Source of the DNA: an uncultured Erysipelotrichaceae bacterium
GTDB lineage: Bacteria > Bacillota_I > Bacilli_A > RFN20 > CAG-826
Assembly: GCA_902787955.1 (NCBI GenBank)
Contig: CADAIJ010000007.1
Span: 128,326-192,325 of the forward strand
DNA: 64,000 nucleotides
Reading direction: 5' to 3'
The notes under the pieces are model-generated. The model did no database searches, had not been told where the DNA came from, and was given only the letters and a program-made list of their open reading frames with translations. How positions within the stretch are numbered: position 1 is the stretch's first letter; every line of letters starts with the position of its first letter. Positions 19,076-29,385 of this stretch are shown piece after piece. The position numbers and the translations under genes are program-made.

Positions 19076-20791
19076 TTAGTCCTTTTTCTTTTCACGGAGT
19101 GACTTTATCTTGTTATAAATTAAATAGAATAAGAAGATAAATAACGCACCAAAGAAGAAGCCTAGTGTATCAATTCCAACGTCTTCCCATAAACCACTTC
19201 TTCCAGGTGTCACAAGTTGAATAAGTTCAGAGACACCTGCGACGATAAATCCAGTTAAAATAGAGGCTACATAAGTTAGCCATTTTTTACTCGTTTTATC
19301 AAAGAAGAAGAGATAATAAATCGCTAAGGTGGTAAATAAACCAGAGACTAAGAATAATAGGAAATGTCCAATAGACTTTCTAAAGAAAGCAAAGACGTCA
19401 TCTTTATTATCGTCATTAATAATTCCTTTAGGGGTAACGGTAAAGCTACGAGAAACACTTACTTCTGGGTTTGAATTAGATCTTAAAGTAATTGAAGCAA
19501 ATCCACTTTTATTGCCGTATATTCTAATCGATGTTCCGTTATTCGCTATTTCTAAGATTTCCGAACTAGATGTTTCCACTTTAAAAGATTTATCAGATGC
19601 GTTAATTGGTTCAACGCTAACGCCAATTGAAAGGAAGGAGCCGTGTTCTAGTTCATCTTTAGAGGACGCTAAAGTAATTTCAGTAACATCAACTTTCTTA
19701 ACTTCAATATCAATTTCCTTATAGATAGTCGGGTCAAATGTGGATGTCGCTCTTATTTTAGCAACACCAGTATTACGGTATCCTCTTACATTACCTTCAT
19801 TATCCACCATCGCGATTAATGGGTTAGATGAAGTATAGATTAAACCTTTATCACTAGGAGGATTACTTCCCCAATCAATATCTAGTTTAGTGTGATGTAA
19901 ACCTTCTTCACCATAAGATGGTCCATCATAATCAACGTCTCCAATATAGGCGACTGCTTCAGATGTAACAATATTCCAGGAATCAGTTACTGGAACAATT
20001 GGATTTGGATTAGGAAGAACTTCCACATTTAAGTTAACAAAAGCGTTACTTTCTTTGTTAAGGACTTTAACTACGGTAGATCCCACTGCTTCAGCTTTAA
20101 GCACTAAGTTATCGTGAGTGGACACAATCGTGTCATCATTTGAATCTAGCTCGAGTAGATAATTATTGTAGTAACGATCTCCAACGATTTTATAGCCCAC
20201 TCCTTCAGTGGTGTTTTTAATATCAAGTGGATAAGTTAAACCCTGGTAAATTGTGATATCTTTCTCTTCGATATCAAAACTATATGGGGCTTTAAGGTCA
20301 ACGCAGTTAAAGGTGTAAGAGGCTTTAACTTCTTTATTAGATTGGCTAGTCGCGGTAATTACATAATCTGTACCTATTTCAGTAATTTCAACATAGGCAT
20401 TTAAACCTTGCTGGGAGATTTTAACTTTATCACTATTAGAGGTGAAGATAACACCTTTATTAGTCGCGTTAGATGGTTCAATAGAGGCGGTTAATAATTT
20501 AGTGCCTCCTAATGGTACTTCGTTTTGATTATAACCAGGACGAACATTAACCCCGGTATTTGGATAAGATAATGTTATTTTATTTACATCTACTTTAGGG
20601 GTATCGACATCCGCTCCACTATTGATGATCATGGAAATAAAGGTGGATATTAAATCAGAGAAGTTACCGGATTTAGATCCATCCATTCCAGCGTTAACAA
20701 GAATAAAGATATTTAAGAGTAAAGAAATCGTCCCAAAAACAATCATATGAGGGATTCTTTTTTTAACGTTAAATGTCTCACTCTTTTTCAT
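19076..20791 (-). CDS. Ig-like (Big_2-type) domain protein with a C-terminal VanZ-like membrane domain
   Basis: N-terminal TM, beta-rich repeated segments, and a C-terminal TM cluster with SELIQLVTPGR that is VanZ-like. Confidence 0.45.
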   Translation of the reverse strand: MKKSETFNVKKRIPHMIVFGTISLLLNIFILVNAGMDGSKSGNFSDLISTFISMIINSGADVDTPKVDVNKITLSYPNTGVNVRPGYNQNEVPLGGTKLLTASIEPSNATNKGVIFTSNSDKVKISQQGLNAYVEITEIGTDYVITATSQSNKEVKASYTFNCVDLKAPYSFDIEEKDITIYQGLTYPLDIKNTTEGVGYKIVGDRYYNNYLLELDSNDDTIVSTHDNLVLKAEAVGSTVVKVLNKESNAFVNLNVEVLPNPNPIVPVTDSWNIVTSEAVAYIGDVDYDGPSYGEEGLHHTKLDIDWGSNPPSDKGLIYTSSNPLIAMVDNEGNVRGYRNTGVAKIRATSTFDPTIYKEIDIEVKKVDVTEITLASSKDELEHGSFLSIGVSVEPINASDKSFKVETSSSEILEIANNGTSIRIYGNKSGFASITLRSNSNPEVSVSRSFTVTPKGIINDDNKDDVFAFFRKSIGHFLLFLVSGLFTTLAIYYLFFFDKTSKKWLTYVASILTGFIVAGVSELIQLVTPGRSGLWEDVGIDTLGFFFGALFIFLFYLIYNKIKSLREKKKD

Positions 20792-20943
20792 AATTATTAA
20801 TAATTATTATATAAAGTTATTATATTGGTCAAAATAAATCGAAAAAATAATAACGATTAGATGAGAATTAATAAAAGAAAATCCACCACCAAGTGACTAG
20901 TGATGGATCTCTAATATAACTTAGTCCTTTATTACTAAGTACA

Positions 20944-22425
20944 TTATTCTTTCTTTTCTTTCATCTGATGTTTACGTTCATACATGAGTTTATCAGCGCG
21001 CTTAAAGACATCATCAACTGATTTATCGTTATCTTTAGAATAAGTACTATATCCAATTGCCGCGCTTATTCTTTCCGATTTTTTAAGATTCATATTATTC
21101 ACTACTTCATCAATTTGGTTATTGAAGTTATTAAGGAGGATAGACGCTCTCATATAGTCGCTCTTTCTTAAGATAACTACGAATTCATCTCCACCAATAC
21201 GATAAACAGGAGAATGCTTAAATGTTTCACAAATGATATTAGCAAGTTTAATTAATGATTCATCACCAGCATCATGACCTTGCTCGTCGTTAGTGAGTTT
21301 TAAATAGTTAAGGTCAATCATGGCTATACCAAATGGTTCTTGAACGTTAATAGAGATAGCTTTATTGATCTTTTCTACTTCCGAGTTATAAGCAATCTTA
21401 TTTTGAACACCAGTTAATCCATCTCTATTCGCGAGTTCAGACATCTTTTTCGTTTCTTTTTGGGCGTTGCTTAGTTCTTTATTCATACGAACAAGTTCGT
21501 ACATTCTATCATTGATATCGTTTTCCATCTTCTTTAAAGCGATAGCAAAGTCTTCAACTTCATCACGGGTATTGATATTTAAGTTATTAAAGACACGATG
21601 AGTCTTCTCTTGGTTTTCCTTATCATATGACTTGATTGCTGTGGTTAGTTTCTTAATTGGTTTATTAAATAAGAAATGCACTGCAACAATACCGATAACA
21701 GAGATTACTGCGGTGATACCTAAAAGGAAGATAAACATATTAGTGATGAGTTTAGCTTGTTCATCACGAATTAAGTTCATCGAAACATCTACTGTAGCGT
21801 ATCCGATTACTTCTTTTGCATCCCCTTCTCCATAATAAATAGGAGTGCCACTTGTGACTAAATAACCATATTCTTCAGTATTTGTAACATATGGAGGGAA
21901 ACCAATTGTCGGATCATCTAAGACTCTTTTATTAACATCATAAAGTTCATCGATACAGCCTGGAGGGCATGCATCTTCTTCCGCGCCATCGCAGAGGTAA
22001 ATAAATAATTCATAAGTAGGGTCAACATAACAGAGATAGACGCATTCTACTTCGTTAGCAGTACCCATCTTCGTTAAGATTTTTTTAGTTCTAATAAAAA
22101 TTGGATCTTCATAAAGAAATTCAAATTGAGCAATATAAGCGTTCCAATCATCACTGCCCCATTCTTCAGAGGTTGGTTTAGGATCACTTGCTTCAAATAT
22201 CGGAGCGATTTTATCTTTTAAATATTTAACATCATCTTTATTAATGACTTCGGATGTTGTTTCCGAGAGTCTTGTCGCTGTGGAAGTAAAGCTATTATAG
22301 TTATTTTTATCTAAGACAATAGAGAAATAAGACATCGCAGTGATGACCACTAAAGAAGCTAAAAAGACAATTAAGAATATAGTCTTAACATAAATTGGGA
22401 TTCTAAATCTTCTTTTTCTTTCCAT
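20944..22425 (-). CDS. sensor diguanylate cyclase (GGDEF domain)
   Basis: RDGLTGVQNKIAY and IGGDEF motifs; two TM segments flank an extracytoplasmic sensor region; no EAL domain. Confidence 0.8.
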   Translation of the reverse strand: MERKRRFRIPIYVKTIFLIVFLASLVVITAMSYFSIVLDKNNYNSFTSTATRLSETTSEVINKDDVKYLKDKIAPIFEASDPKPTSEEWGSDDWNAYIAQFEFLYEDPIFIRTKKILTKMGTANEVECVYLCYVDPTYELFIYLCDGAEEDACPPGCIDELYDVNKRVLDDPTIGFPPYVTNTEEYGYLVTSGTPIYYGEGDAKEVIGYATVDVSMNLIRDEQAKLITNMFIFLLGITAVISVIGIVAVHFLFNKPIKKLTTAIKSYDKENQEKTHRVFNNLNINTRDEVEDFAIALKKMENDINDRMYELVRMNKELSNAQKETKKMSELANRDGLTGVQNKIAYNSEVEKINKAISINVQEPFGIAMIDLNYLKLTNDEQGHDAGDESLIKLANIICETFKHSPVYRIGGDEFVVILRKSDYMRASILLNNFNNQIDEVVNNMNLKKSERISAAIGYSTYSKDNDKSVDDVFKRADKLMYERKHQMKEKKE

Positions 22426-22477
22426 TTTCTAAGCCTAAATAAATAAAAATCGATGCTACGTTTTGTTTATGGTAACA

Positions 22478-22580
22478 CCGAAATAAAAGCTAATTGCAAC
22501 TGGCTATCCATACGTATGGACCCTATAGCTTTGCGTCGCCGAATTACTTCGGGTTTGCCAAAAACGAAACTAAAACCATT
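22478..22580 (-). ncRNA. c-di-GMP-I (GEMM) riboswitch in the leader of the GGDEF gene
   Basis: The minus strand reads GGCAAACC-CGAAGTAATTCG (a GNRA hairpin)-GCGACGCAAAGC-CTATAGGGTCCATACGTATGGATAGCC. These are the hallmark GEMM blocks in canonical order and spacing, about 60-150 nt upstream of the ATG at 22425. Confidence 0.75.
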
Positions 22581-22713
22581 ATAGCAACGATAAATATTTA
22601 AACAAGAGTTAAAAGAAAAGTTAGATATATCCTTATGTTTTTATAAATAACATTTATTAATTTGATGCGAATAAATTGAATATTAGTAAATTTAAATATA
22701 TCATTTATGGGCG

Positions 22714-24429
22714 ATGAAAACGAAAAACACTTTAATTATATTAACTTTACCTCTCCTACTTAGTGGGTGTGGTTTCTTTAATCCTCTTCCAAATTCTAGT
22801 AAGGATAATGACTCTATAAATATAAGTGATAATTCTACCTCTAATACTGAAACATCTTTTGGAGAGGGAGAGGCTCCTAATGACACTTATATGGACTTTG
22901 GGCTAAATTCTAATAACCTAAAGTCTAATCAACTCGCTATAAATAAGTATGGAGACTATGTTGAATTCACTAGTACCACTAATAAAGACTTAACTGAAGA
23001 ATATAATAAGCTCCTCACTAGTGTTAAAGGTAAAAAGAATGGAGTGTTCCAAACTGATTATCAGCAAGGTTTATTAGATTTCTTTGATTACACTAAACAC
23101 GTAAAAGTGGTCCTAGATATGTCTAATAAAACTAAAGAAGCCTTACAAAAAGACTACGAAATGAAAAACACCGAATCATATCGCCCTATTGATTTAGATC
23201 TTTATTTTGATGATATGCATTTCCATTTTAGACAAGTGGGAATTAGACAAAAAGGTAATACATCTAGAACAGAAATCTATGATGATGACCATATCTTTAA
23301 TCTAGAACACTGGAAGTTATCATTTGAAGAGACATTTGATGATGAATATACCTTAACTAAGGCTAAATGGTTTAATGAAGAAGCTTATACCTTTAGACAA
23401 GATAGAAAGTTCTTTGGTACATCTAAGATTAACTTTAGATTTAATAGAAACTTAGAGACGACTTATATTAGAGAACATTATGCCTCTAACATGTATCGCC
23501 AAAATGGTTCTTTAGCGGCCTCTACTAACCCAGTAAACTTCAATATTAAACTCGATAATAAAGAATATAACTTAGGTGTCTATTTAGCGGTGGAAAACAT
23601 CGATAAGAGTTTTATTAAAAGAAATATTATTAAAGATAGTAGAAATGGAGACCTTTATAAACTAAGTTACACCTCAATGGGTCCTGCTAACTTTAATCCT
23701 GATAGTCTTTCTAAGATTGGTTTAGATTACTTAACTTTAAGAAATAATAAGTATGATGAAGCTAAATATGTTTATTCGATTAAGACTAATAAAACCACAA
23801 CAAATCACGCGGATTTAAAAAATTTCATCAATACTTTAGGGAATACTAGAGGCGCGGATAGCCTTACATTTATGGATACTTATAGTGACTTAGATTCCTA
23901 TGTATCTTTCTGCGCTTTATCTTATCTACTAGGTGATCCAGATGACTTAAGAGGTAACTATAATAACGCTTATGTTTATTTTACAGGTGACACTCATAAA
24001 GCGATCTTTATCCCAACTGATTTAGATCGAGTCCTTGGTTCTACTGGTGGAGACGGAAATAACCCAACTGGTAACCATGGAGCGCTCACAAAACCATTCG
24101 ATAAAAATACAGGTTATGCGCATGGAAATGATTCTAATTTATTTAATAAGACTTTATTCTCCACGAATGCGACTGATATGAGAAGTAGATATCTAACTAG
24201 AATAAGTGAAATCATAGAAGCGGGTTGGATGAATATTTCTAAATTTAGTGAATACTTTAACTACTCAAACACTAACTATAAAGATGAAGTAAAAATATCT
24301 AATGGTATTGGGGGAAGCTATGTCTCCTTCAGTGTCTCTGAATCTAATAAAGACTTATATAACTCCGAGAATCTAGATGTTAAAACATTCATGGAAAATA
24401 AAGTGAATACCTTTAATAACAATAAATAA
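22714..24429 (+). CDS. lipoprotein, possibly CotH-family kinase-like
   Basis: Lipobox LLLSGC. The central stretch GVYLAVENIDKSFIKRN recalls CotH-family strings of the G-Y-L-E-D-F type; the family assignment is tentative. Confidence 0.4.
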   Translation: MKTKNTLIILTLPLLLSGCGFFNPLPNSSKDNDSINISDNSTSNTETSFGEGEAPNDTYMDFGLNSNNLKSNQLAINKYGDYVEFTSTTNKDLTEEYNKLLTSVKGKKNGVFQTDYQQGLLDFFDYTKHVKVVLDMSNKTKEALQKDYEMKNTESYRPIDLDLYFDDMHFHFRQVGIRQKGNTSRTEIYDDDHIFNLEHWKLSFEETFDDEYTLTKAKWFNEEAYTFRQDRKFFGTSKINFRFNRNLETTYIREHYASNMYRQNGSLAASTNPVNFNIKLDNKEYNLGVYLAVENIDKSFIKRNIIKDSRNGDLYKLSYTSMGPANFNPDSLSKIGLDYLTLRNNKYDEAKYVYSIKTNKTTTNHADLKNFINTLGNTRGADSLTFMDTYSDLDSYVSFCALSYLLGDPDDLRGNYNNAYVYFTGDTHKAIFIPTDLDRVLGSTGGDGNNPTGNHGALTKPFDKNTGYAHGNDSNLFNKTLFSTNATDMRSRYLTRISEIIEAGWMNISKFSEYFNYSNTNYKDEVKISNGIGGSYVSFSVSESNKDLYNSENLDVKTFMENKVNTFNNNK

Positions 24430-24444
24430 AAGAAAGTAATATTA

Positions 24445-25284
24445 ATGGAAGTAATTAAAAATAAAGTCTATAACGAAGAAAGATCACTATTTTCCTCAAA
24501 TGAACTAGAAATATATAACACTAGATTTATAGAAGGAGAATCTCCTTTAAAAGAATCTTCGAATATATATTTAGAAGAAGTAACTTTCTCCTATAAATAT
24601 CCCCTTTGGTATTCTAAGAATATTAAAGGGAATAGGTTAATTCTTGAAGAGATGGCAAGAAGTGGTATTTGGTATACCTCTAATATCGATATTATAGATT
24701 CTGTTATACACGCGCCTAAAACCTTTAGAAGAAGTACAAATATAAAACTTACTAATGTAACTCTTCATCACGCGGATGAAACGTTATGGAAATGTAAGAA
24801 GATTAAACTAAATAACATTAAGGCTAAAGGTGATTACTTTGGTTTTAACAGTGAAGATATAGAAATTAATAACCTCTATTTAGATGGAAACTACGCCTTT
24901 GATGGAGGAAAGAATATTATTATCCGTAATAGTGTTCTTAACTCTAAAGATGCAATCTGGAACTGTGAGAATGTCTTAATTGAAAATACACTTATAAATG
25001 GAGAATATTTAGGTTGGAACTCTAAAGATGTAACCCTTGTTAACTGTAAGATTATCTCTCATCAAGGTCTCTGCTATATGGAGAACGTTAAACTAGTTAA
25101 CTCTGAAATAATCGATAGTGATCTCATCTTAGAATATTCCTCTAATATCGACGCGGATATCACTAGTGTTGTTGATTCTATTAAAAACCCAACATCCGGG
25201 ATTATTAGAGTCAAAGGGGTTAAAGAACTTATCTTAGATCCTAAATATATCGATGTAAGTAAAGTTAAAGTGGAACTTAAATAA
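24445..25284 (+). CDS. right-handed beta-helix repeat protein (DUF3737-like)
   Basis: Repeated roughly 22-aa segments rich in N, V, L and I. Confidence 0.4.
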   Translation: MEVIKNKVYNEERSLFSSNELEIYNTRFIEGESPLKESSNIYLEEVTFSYKYPLWYSKNIKGNRLILEEMARSGIWYTSNIDIIDSVIHAPKTFRRSTNIKLTNVTLHHADETLWKCKKIKLNNIKAKGDYFGFNSEDIEINNLYLDGNYAFDGGKNIIIRNSVLNSKDAIWNCENVLIENTLINGEYLGWNSKDVTLVNCKIISHQGLCYMENVKLVNSEIIDSDLILEYSSNIDADITSVVDSIKNPTSGIIRVKGVKELILDPKYIDVSKVKVELK

Positions 25285-25299
25285 AGAAAGTAAATATAT

Positions 25300-26460
25300 A
25301 TGAAATATAACTTTGATAAAATCCCTAATCGAAGAGGTACCACTCAGATTAAGTGGAGAGTAAAAGAAAATGAACTTCCAATGTGGGTCGCGGATATGGA
25401 TTTTGAAACCGCGCCTAAAGTAAAAGAAGCAATAATGAACACTGCTAAATTAGGCGTGTATGGTTATAACGACACAAATGAAGAATTTTATGATGCTTAT
25501 GTAACACATTGGAACACAAAACATCATACAAGTTTAACTAAAGATAACTTAATCTATGTAACAGGAGTTATCGCTGCCTTAGATATCATCTTAAAATATA
25601 TCCCTTCTAAAAATGATAACGTTATTCTTCTTACTCCAGTCTATAATGCTTTCTTTAACTGTATTAAGAATAATGAACTAAATGTTTTAGAATCTCATCT
25701 AAGTTATAAAGACTATAAATATGAGATAGATTTTAAAGACTTAGAAGAGAAATTATCCTATAAGAACTCAACTGCTTTAATTCTTTGTAACCCTCATAAC
25801 CCTATAGGTAAGATATGGTCAAGAGAGGATATATCTAGAGTTATAGAATTATGTAAGAAATATGATGTCTTACTTATTTCTGATGAGATCCACTGCGACA
25901 TCGTATCTCCAAATAAAGAATATAACGCGATATTTAGTTTTAATAATATTGATGAAAGAAACACCATCGCTTTAGTTTCTCCATCTAAAATCTTTGGACT
26001 AGCGGGGTTACACACCGCTTGTATCATGATTAAAGATAGAGATAGAAAAGAATATCTAGAGAAACAAGTATATAAAGATGATGTTGGAGAAGCTAACTCT
26101 TTCGCCGTCAGTGCGTCTATCGCTTGTTATAGAGATTCTGAAGATTGGATAGATGAAGTTAATAAATATATAGAATCTAATAGATTACTTGTTAAATCCT
26201 ATCTAGAAGAACATATTAAAGAACTTAAACTAATCGATGGAGACGCAACTTATCTCCTTTGGATTGATATATCTAAAACTACACTTAAAAGTGAACTTTT
26301 TGCCGCTAAGCTAAGAGAGGAAACAGGTCTATTCATCCTTCCAGGTAAAAAGTATGGAGAGATTGGAGATAACTTTATTAGGGTTAATATCGCTACCTCT
26401 AAGGATAATGTAATAGATGCGTTACATAGATTAGATAAATTCGTAAAATCTTTAAACTAA
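25300..26460 (+). CDS. PLP-dependent C-S lyase / aminotransferase class I-II (PatB/MalY-like)
   Basis: N-terminus FDKIPNRRGTTQIKW is the signature MalY/PatB start; about 386 aa with a Lys-containing PLP region. Confidence 0.75.
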   Translation: MKYNFDKIPNRRGTTQIKWRVKENELPMWVADMDFETAPKVKEAIMNTAKLGVYGYNDTNEEFYDAYVTHWNTKHHTSLTKDNLIYVTGVIAALDIILKYIPSKNDNVILLTPVYNAFFNCIKNNELNVLESHLSYKDYKYEIDFKDLEEKLSYKNSTALILCNPHNPIGKIWSREDISRVIELCKKYDVLLISDEIHCDIVSPNKEYNAIFSFNNIDERNTIALVSPSKIFGLAGLHTACIMIKDRDRKEYLEKQVYKDDVGEANSFAVSASIACYRDSEDWIDEVNKYIESNRLLVKSYLEEHIKELKLIDGDATYLLWIDISKTTLKSELFAAKLREETGLFILPGKKYGEIGDNFIRVNIATSKDNVIDALHRLDKFVKSLN

Positions 26461-26515
26461 TCTCTAAAAGTCATACAATGGTATTTAATAATAATTAAAA
26501 GGTGGAAAACTAATT

Positions 26516-27046
26516 ATGTTTGGAAAAGAACTCGCACATGATGAAACATATTATAAAGAATATGGAGAATATAAGCTTTCAAGTGCCTATACCGTATATG
26601 AAGCTTATATAGAGGAGATGTTTAATAAAGACGGCACTCCAATGACTAATAAAGATGGTTCACAAAGATATCGTTATATTGATAATAAAGATATTGTCAC
26701 TATTAAAGAAGATAAGTTAGTTAAAGAAATAAGACCTAACTTCTATAAAGATATCTATGAAGTTAATGGAGACTATGTTGAAAAAGTAGAGAAAGAAAAT
26801 AAAAGAATCTACTTTGTCGTCGAAAAAGAAAAGATTAAAACCTTAGCGACAGGTAGTAAAGTAACAGAAAGAAACGGTACATATCGTTTACTTACTCAAC
26901 TTGGCTACGTTTTAGTGGATGATTATGATGTAGAAAACCCAAAAGTAGTGGCAGTCCGTAAATTCAAAACTGATAACCACGAAGAAGAAGCTAAAGAAAT
27001 CATCAAAGCTAAGCTAAGAAGATATAGCGATAAAGAAGAAGAATAA
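26516..27046 (+). CDS. hypothetical protein
   Basis: 176 aa, charged; no recognisable motif. Confidence 0.4.
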   Translation: MFGKELAHDETYYKEYGEYKLSSAYTVYEAYIEEMFNKDGTPMTNKDGSQRYRYIDNKDIVTIKEDKLVKEIRPNFYKDIYEVNGDYVEKVEKENKRIYFVVEKEKIKTLATGSKVTERNGTYRLLTQLGYVLVDDYDVENPKVVAVRKFKTDNHEEEAKEIIKAKLRRYSDKEEE

Positions 27047-27151
27047 ATAATTCACTTATAAAAATCAGTTAGATAGAAGGTGGAAACATATAGGAAGTCC
27101 CACCTTTTTGTTTAAGTGATTGTTATTCTATAATTTAATAAGAATAAATAT

Positions 27152-27838
27152 ATGTCAAAACTAACTAGAGGAATAAAAGGAGAAGATAAAGTAAAAGAGG
27201 TGTTATCATCCTTAAAGGAATATCACCATGTTTTAAATGATATTTCTTTTATAAATGATAAGACCTCTATGACTCATCAAATAGATCATATCCTTATTCA
27301 TCCTTTAGGAGTGTTCCTCCTCGAAACTAAAAACTATTATGGAAGAATAGAGATAGATAGATTAACTAAGACTTGGTATAAGATAGTTAATAATAAAAGA
27401 ATAAGAATATCTAATCCCTTATCTCAGAATAAAGGACATCTAGTTATCCTTAATAGAGTGTTATCTAAGAAGTATGAAGTAATCCCTTTAATTGTATTTG
27501 TTAAGAATAACGCACCTTATATAGATAACACCTCTAACGATAATCTTATTAATCTAGATGATCTATTACTCTTTATTAGTTCTTATCCATCTAGAAGAGT
27601 GTTATCTAATAATGAAATAGATAAGATTAAAGAAACAATAGAGAGGACTTCCTATAGTGTTTCCTCTAATGAACATATAGAGAACATTAAGATTCTTAAA
27701 GCTTATAAGAAAGAACAAGAAGGACAGATATCTTATGCTTTGACAACATCTAAATGTCCGTGGTGTGATTCTCCTATTAAGCATTATAAAAATAACGAAT
27801 ATAAATGTTCTAAGTGTAACTTTGGGTTTAAGTTATAA
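27152..27838 (+). CDS. NERD-domain protein with a C-terminal zinc ribbon
   Basis: GEDKVKEVLSSL...IDHILIHPLGVFLLETKNYYGRI matches the NERD signature; C-terminal CPWCDS...CSKCN. Confidence 0.6.
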   Translation: MSKLTRGIKGEDKVKEVLSSLKEYHHVLNDISFINDKTSMTHQIDHILIHPLGVFLLETKNYYGRIEIDRLTKTWYKIVNNKRIRISNPLSQNKGHLVILNRVLSKKYEVIPLIVFVKNNAPYIDNTSNDNLINLDDLLLFISSYPSRRVLSNNEIDKIKETIERTSYSVSSNEHIENIKILKAYKKEQEGQISYALTTSKCPWCDSPIKHYKNNEYKCSKCNFGFKL

Positions 27839-27853
27839 GAATAATAAGTAAGA

Positions 27854-29050
27854 TTAGGAGTTCTTTACTGGGACATCATTTTCAAGGTGCCAGGTTCCAT
27901 AATAATTGACCTCTAAATTATTGTTGCTACTAAAACTATTGTCCCAACCGCTTGGTTTTGAAGCGTGATAAGTAAATAATGGGGTTCCTGTTTTATAAAA
28001 TCCATAATTTTCAATTGTGGTAACAAAAGCAGGAATAACGATATAACCTGTTAAAACACTGATACCGGAATTAGAGAATGCTCTAGATTTAATCGTGGTA
28101 ACACTCTCAGGGACAAATAAGCCGTTCAAGAAGACATTATTTGGAGCAAACACTAAGGTGGTCATGTCTTTAGAGTAAATAACGTTACCAACGGAAGTTA
28201 AAGAAGTGTTATTAGAGTCTACATTAATAGTTGTGATTGCTTCAGTGTAATCAAATGTCCCTGTAGCAATATCAGAAACATATCTTCCAATATTGACCGT
28301 AGTTAATTTTTTTAATGTATATATGTTGGCTTCTATCTTAGTAACGTTAAGACCTAAATAAGTATCAGGAATTGTTAATATAGTGGAGTTGCTATTGATA
28401 TTTGTGGATAAAACCGCGCTGAATGAATTGGTATCATCAAGATATTTAAAAGTGAGTCCATTTGTAAATGATTCACTATGAGAGCCAGTTACGCATGAAT
28501 ACTTAATAGATAATGAACTTACTTCTATAGGAGTATTGGATTCACTGTTAATAATAGAGAAATAGTTATAAGAATTAGATAAAACATATTCTTCATTACT
28601 ATTAATAATAAGATCAGTTACTTCCATATAAGAGGTAGAGTAACCTAACTCTAATCTAAGACTACCTGTACCAGTATAACTAATAGAGTTAATACCTTTA
28701 ATCTCTGTAAAGTTCTTAATATATCCACCTTTATTGATTTTAGTGACTTCATTAGACCCATCACTATAGGCTTTCTTATATTTAAAAGTTAATGGATAGG
28801 TTACTACTCTAGAAGTAACAAATGATTTCTCTGTAGAGGAAACTTCACTATCAAGTAAACCATATGGGTTAAAGGATAAGTTATAAGAGATAGGATCTCC
28901 TTTAACCACCATATTGTTATCTTTGTTATTAATGATATTAGAGTTACTACTTATAACCGCGGACATAACTGTTATAAGAGTAAGGCTAGGTAAAATACCC
29001 AGCATAAAGATATTTCTGAGTTTATTATTGTTCTTATTAATTTTATTCAT
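27854..29050 (-). CDS. secreted BspA-type leucine-rich-repeat surface protein
   Basis: Signal peptide; C-terminal repeats of the form IPxSVTTIxxxAFxxSGI. Confidence 0.55.
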   Translation of the reverse strand: MNKINKNNNKLRNIFMLGILPSLTLITVMSAVISSNSNIINNKDNNMVVKGDPISYNLSFNPYGLLDSEVSSTEKSFVTSRVVTYPLTFKYKKAYSDGSNEVTKINKGGYIKNFTEIKGINSISYTGTGSLRLELGYSTSYMEVTDLIINSNEEYVLSNSYNYFSIINSESNTPIEVSSLSIKYSCVTGSHSESFTNGLTFKYLDDTNSFSAVLSTNINSNSTILTIPDTYLGLNVTKIEANIYTLKKLTTVNIGRYVSDIATGTFDYTEAITTINVDSNNTSLTSVGNVIYSKDMTTLVFAPNNVFLNGLFVPESVTTIKSRAFSNSGISVLTGYIVIPAFVTTIENYGFYKTGTPLFTYHASKPSGWDNSFSSNNNLEVNYYGTWHLENDVPVKNS

Positions 29051-29085
29051 CCTATATTAATCCCCTTTGTTTCAAATTGGGATAA

Positions 29086-29114
29086 ATTGTATCTAGTTAA
29101 TATATAAGATTCAA
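29086..29114 (-). promoter_or_regulatory. sigma-70-like promoter for the LRR protein gene
   Basis: Minus-strand TTGAAT, a 17-nt spacer, then TACAAT, about 38 nt upstream of the ATG at 29050. Confidence 0.4.
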
Positions 29115-29149
29115 GAAATTAATAAATATAGATATAAGAATATAAATAT

Positions 29150-29196
29150 AGATAGATAAAAAGAAAGACGGCAGGGAAAGCCAATTACCTACCGTC
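29150..29196 (-). terminator. rho-independent terminator
   Basis: Hairpin GACGG...CCGTC followed on the minus strand by TTTCTTTTTAT. Insulates the downstream promoter. Confidence 0.45.
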
Positions 29197-29385
29197 AGAC
29201 ATGACCTATGAAAAGGGGAGGTCATGGAAGTTTTTATATTTTCTCACGAATTTAAGTATTTGTATAGAGGGAAATTAAAAAAATGTGAATTTATATGGTG
29301 GTTAAGAGGCCACTATTAAAGGAAAATATAATTAACAAGTCAGTATTTTGTATAATAAGGATATATTAATGGGAGAACGCAAATA

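Noticed and set aside
22430-22580. tRNA or other small RNA gene in the GC-richer patch
   Set aside because: No cloverleaf or T-loop GTTCRANYC signature. The sequence fits the GEMM riboswitch consensus instead.
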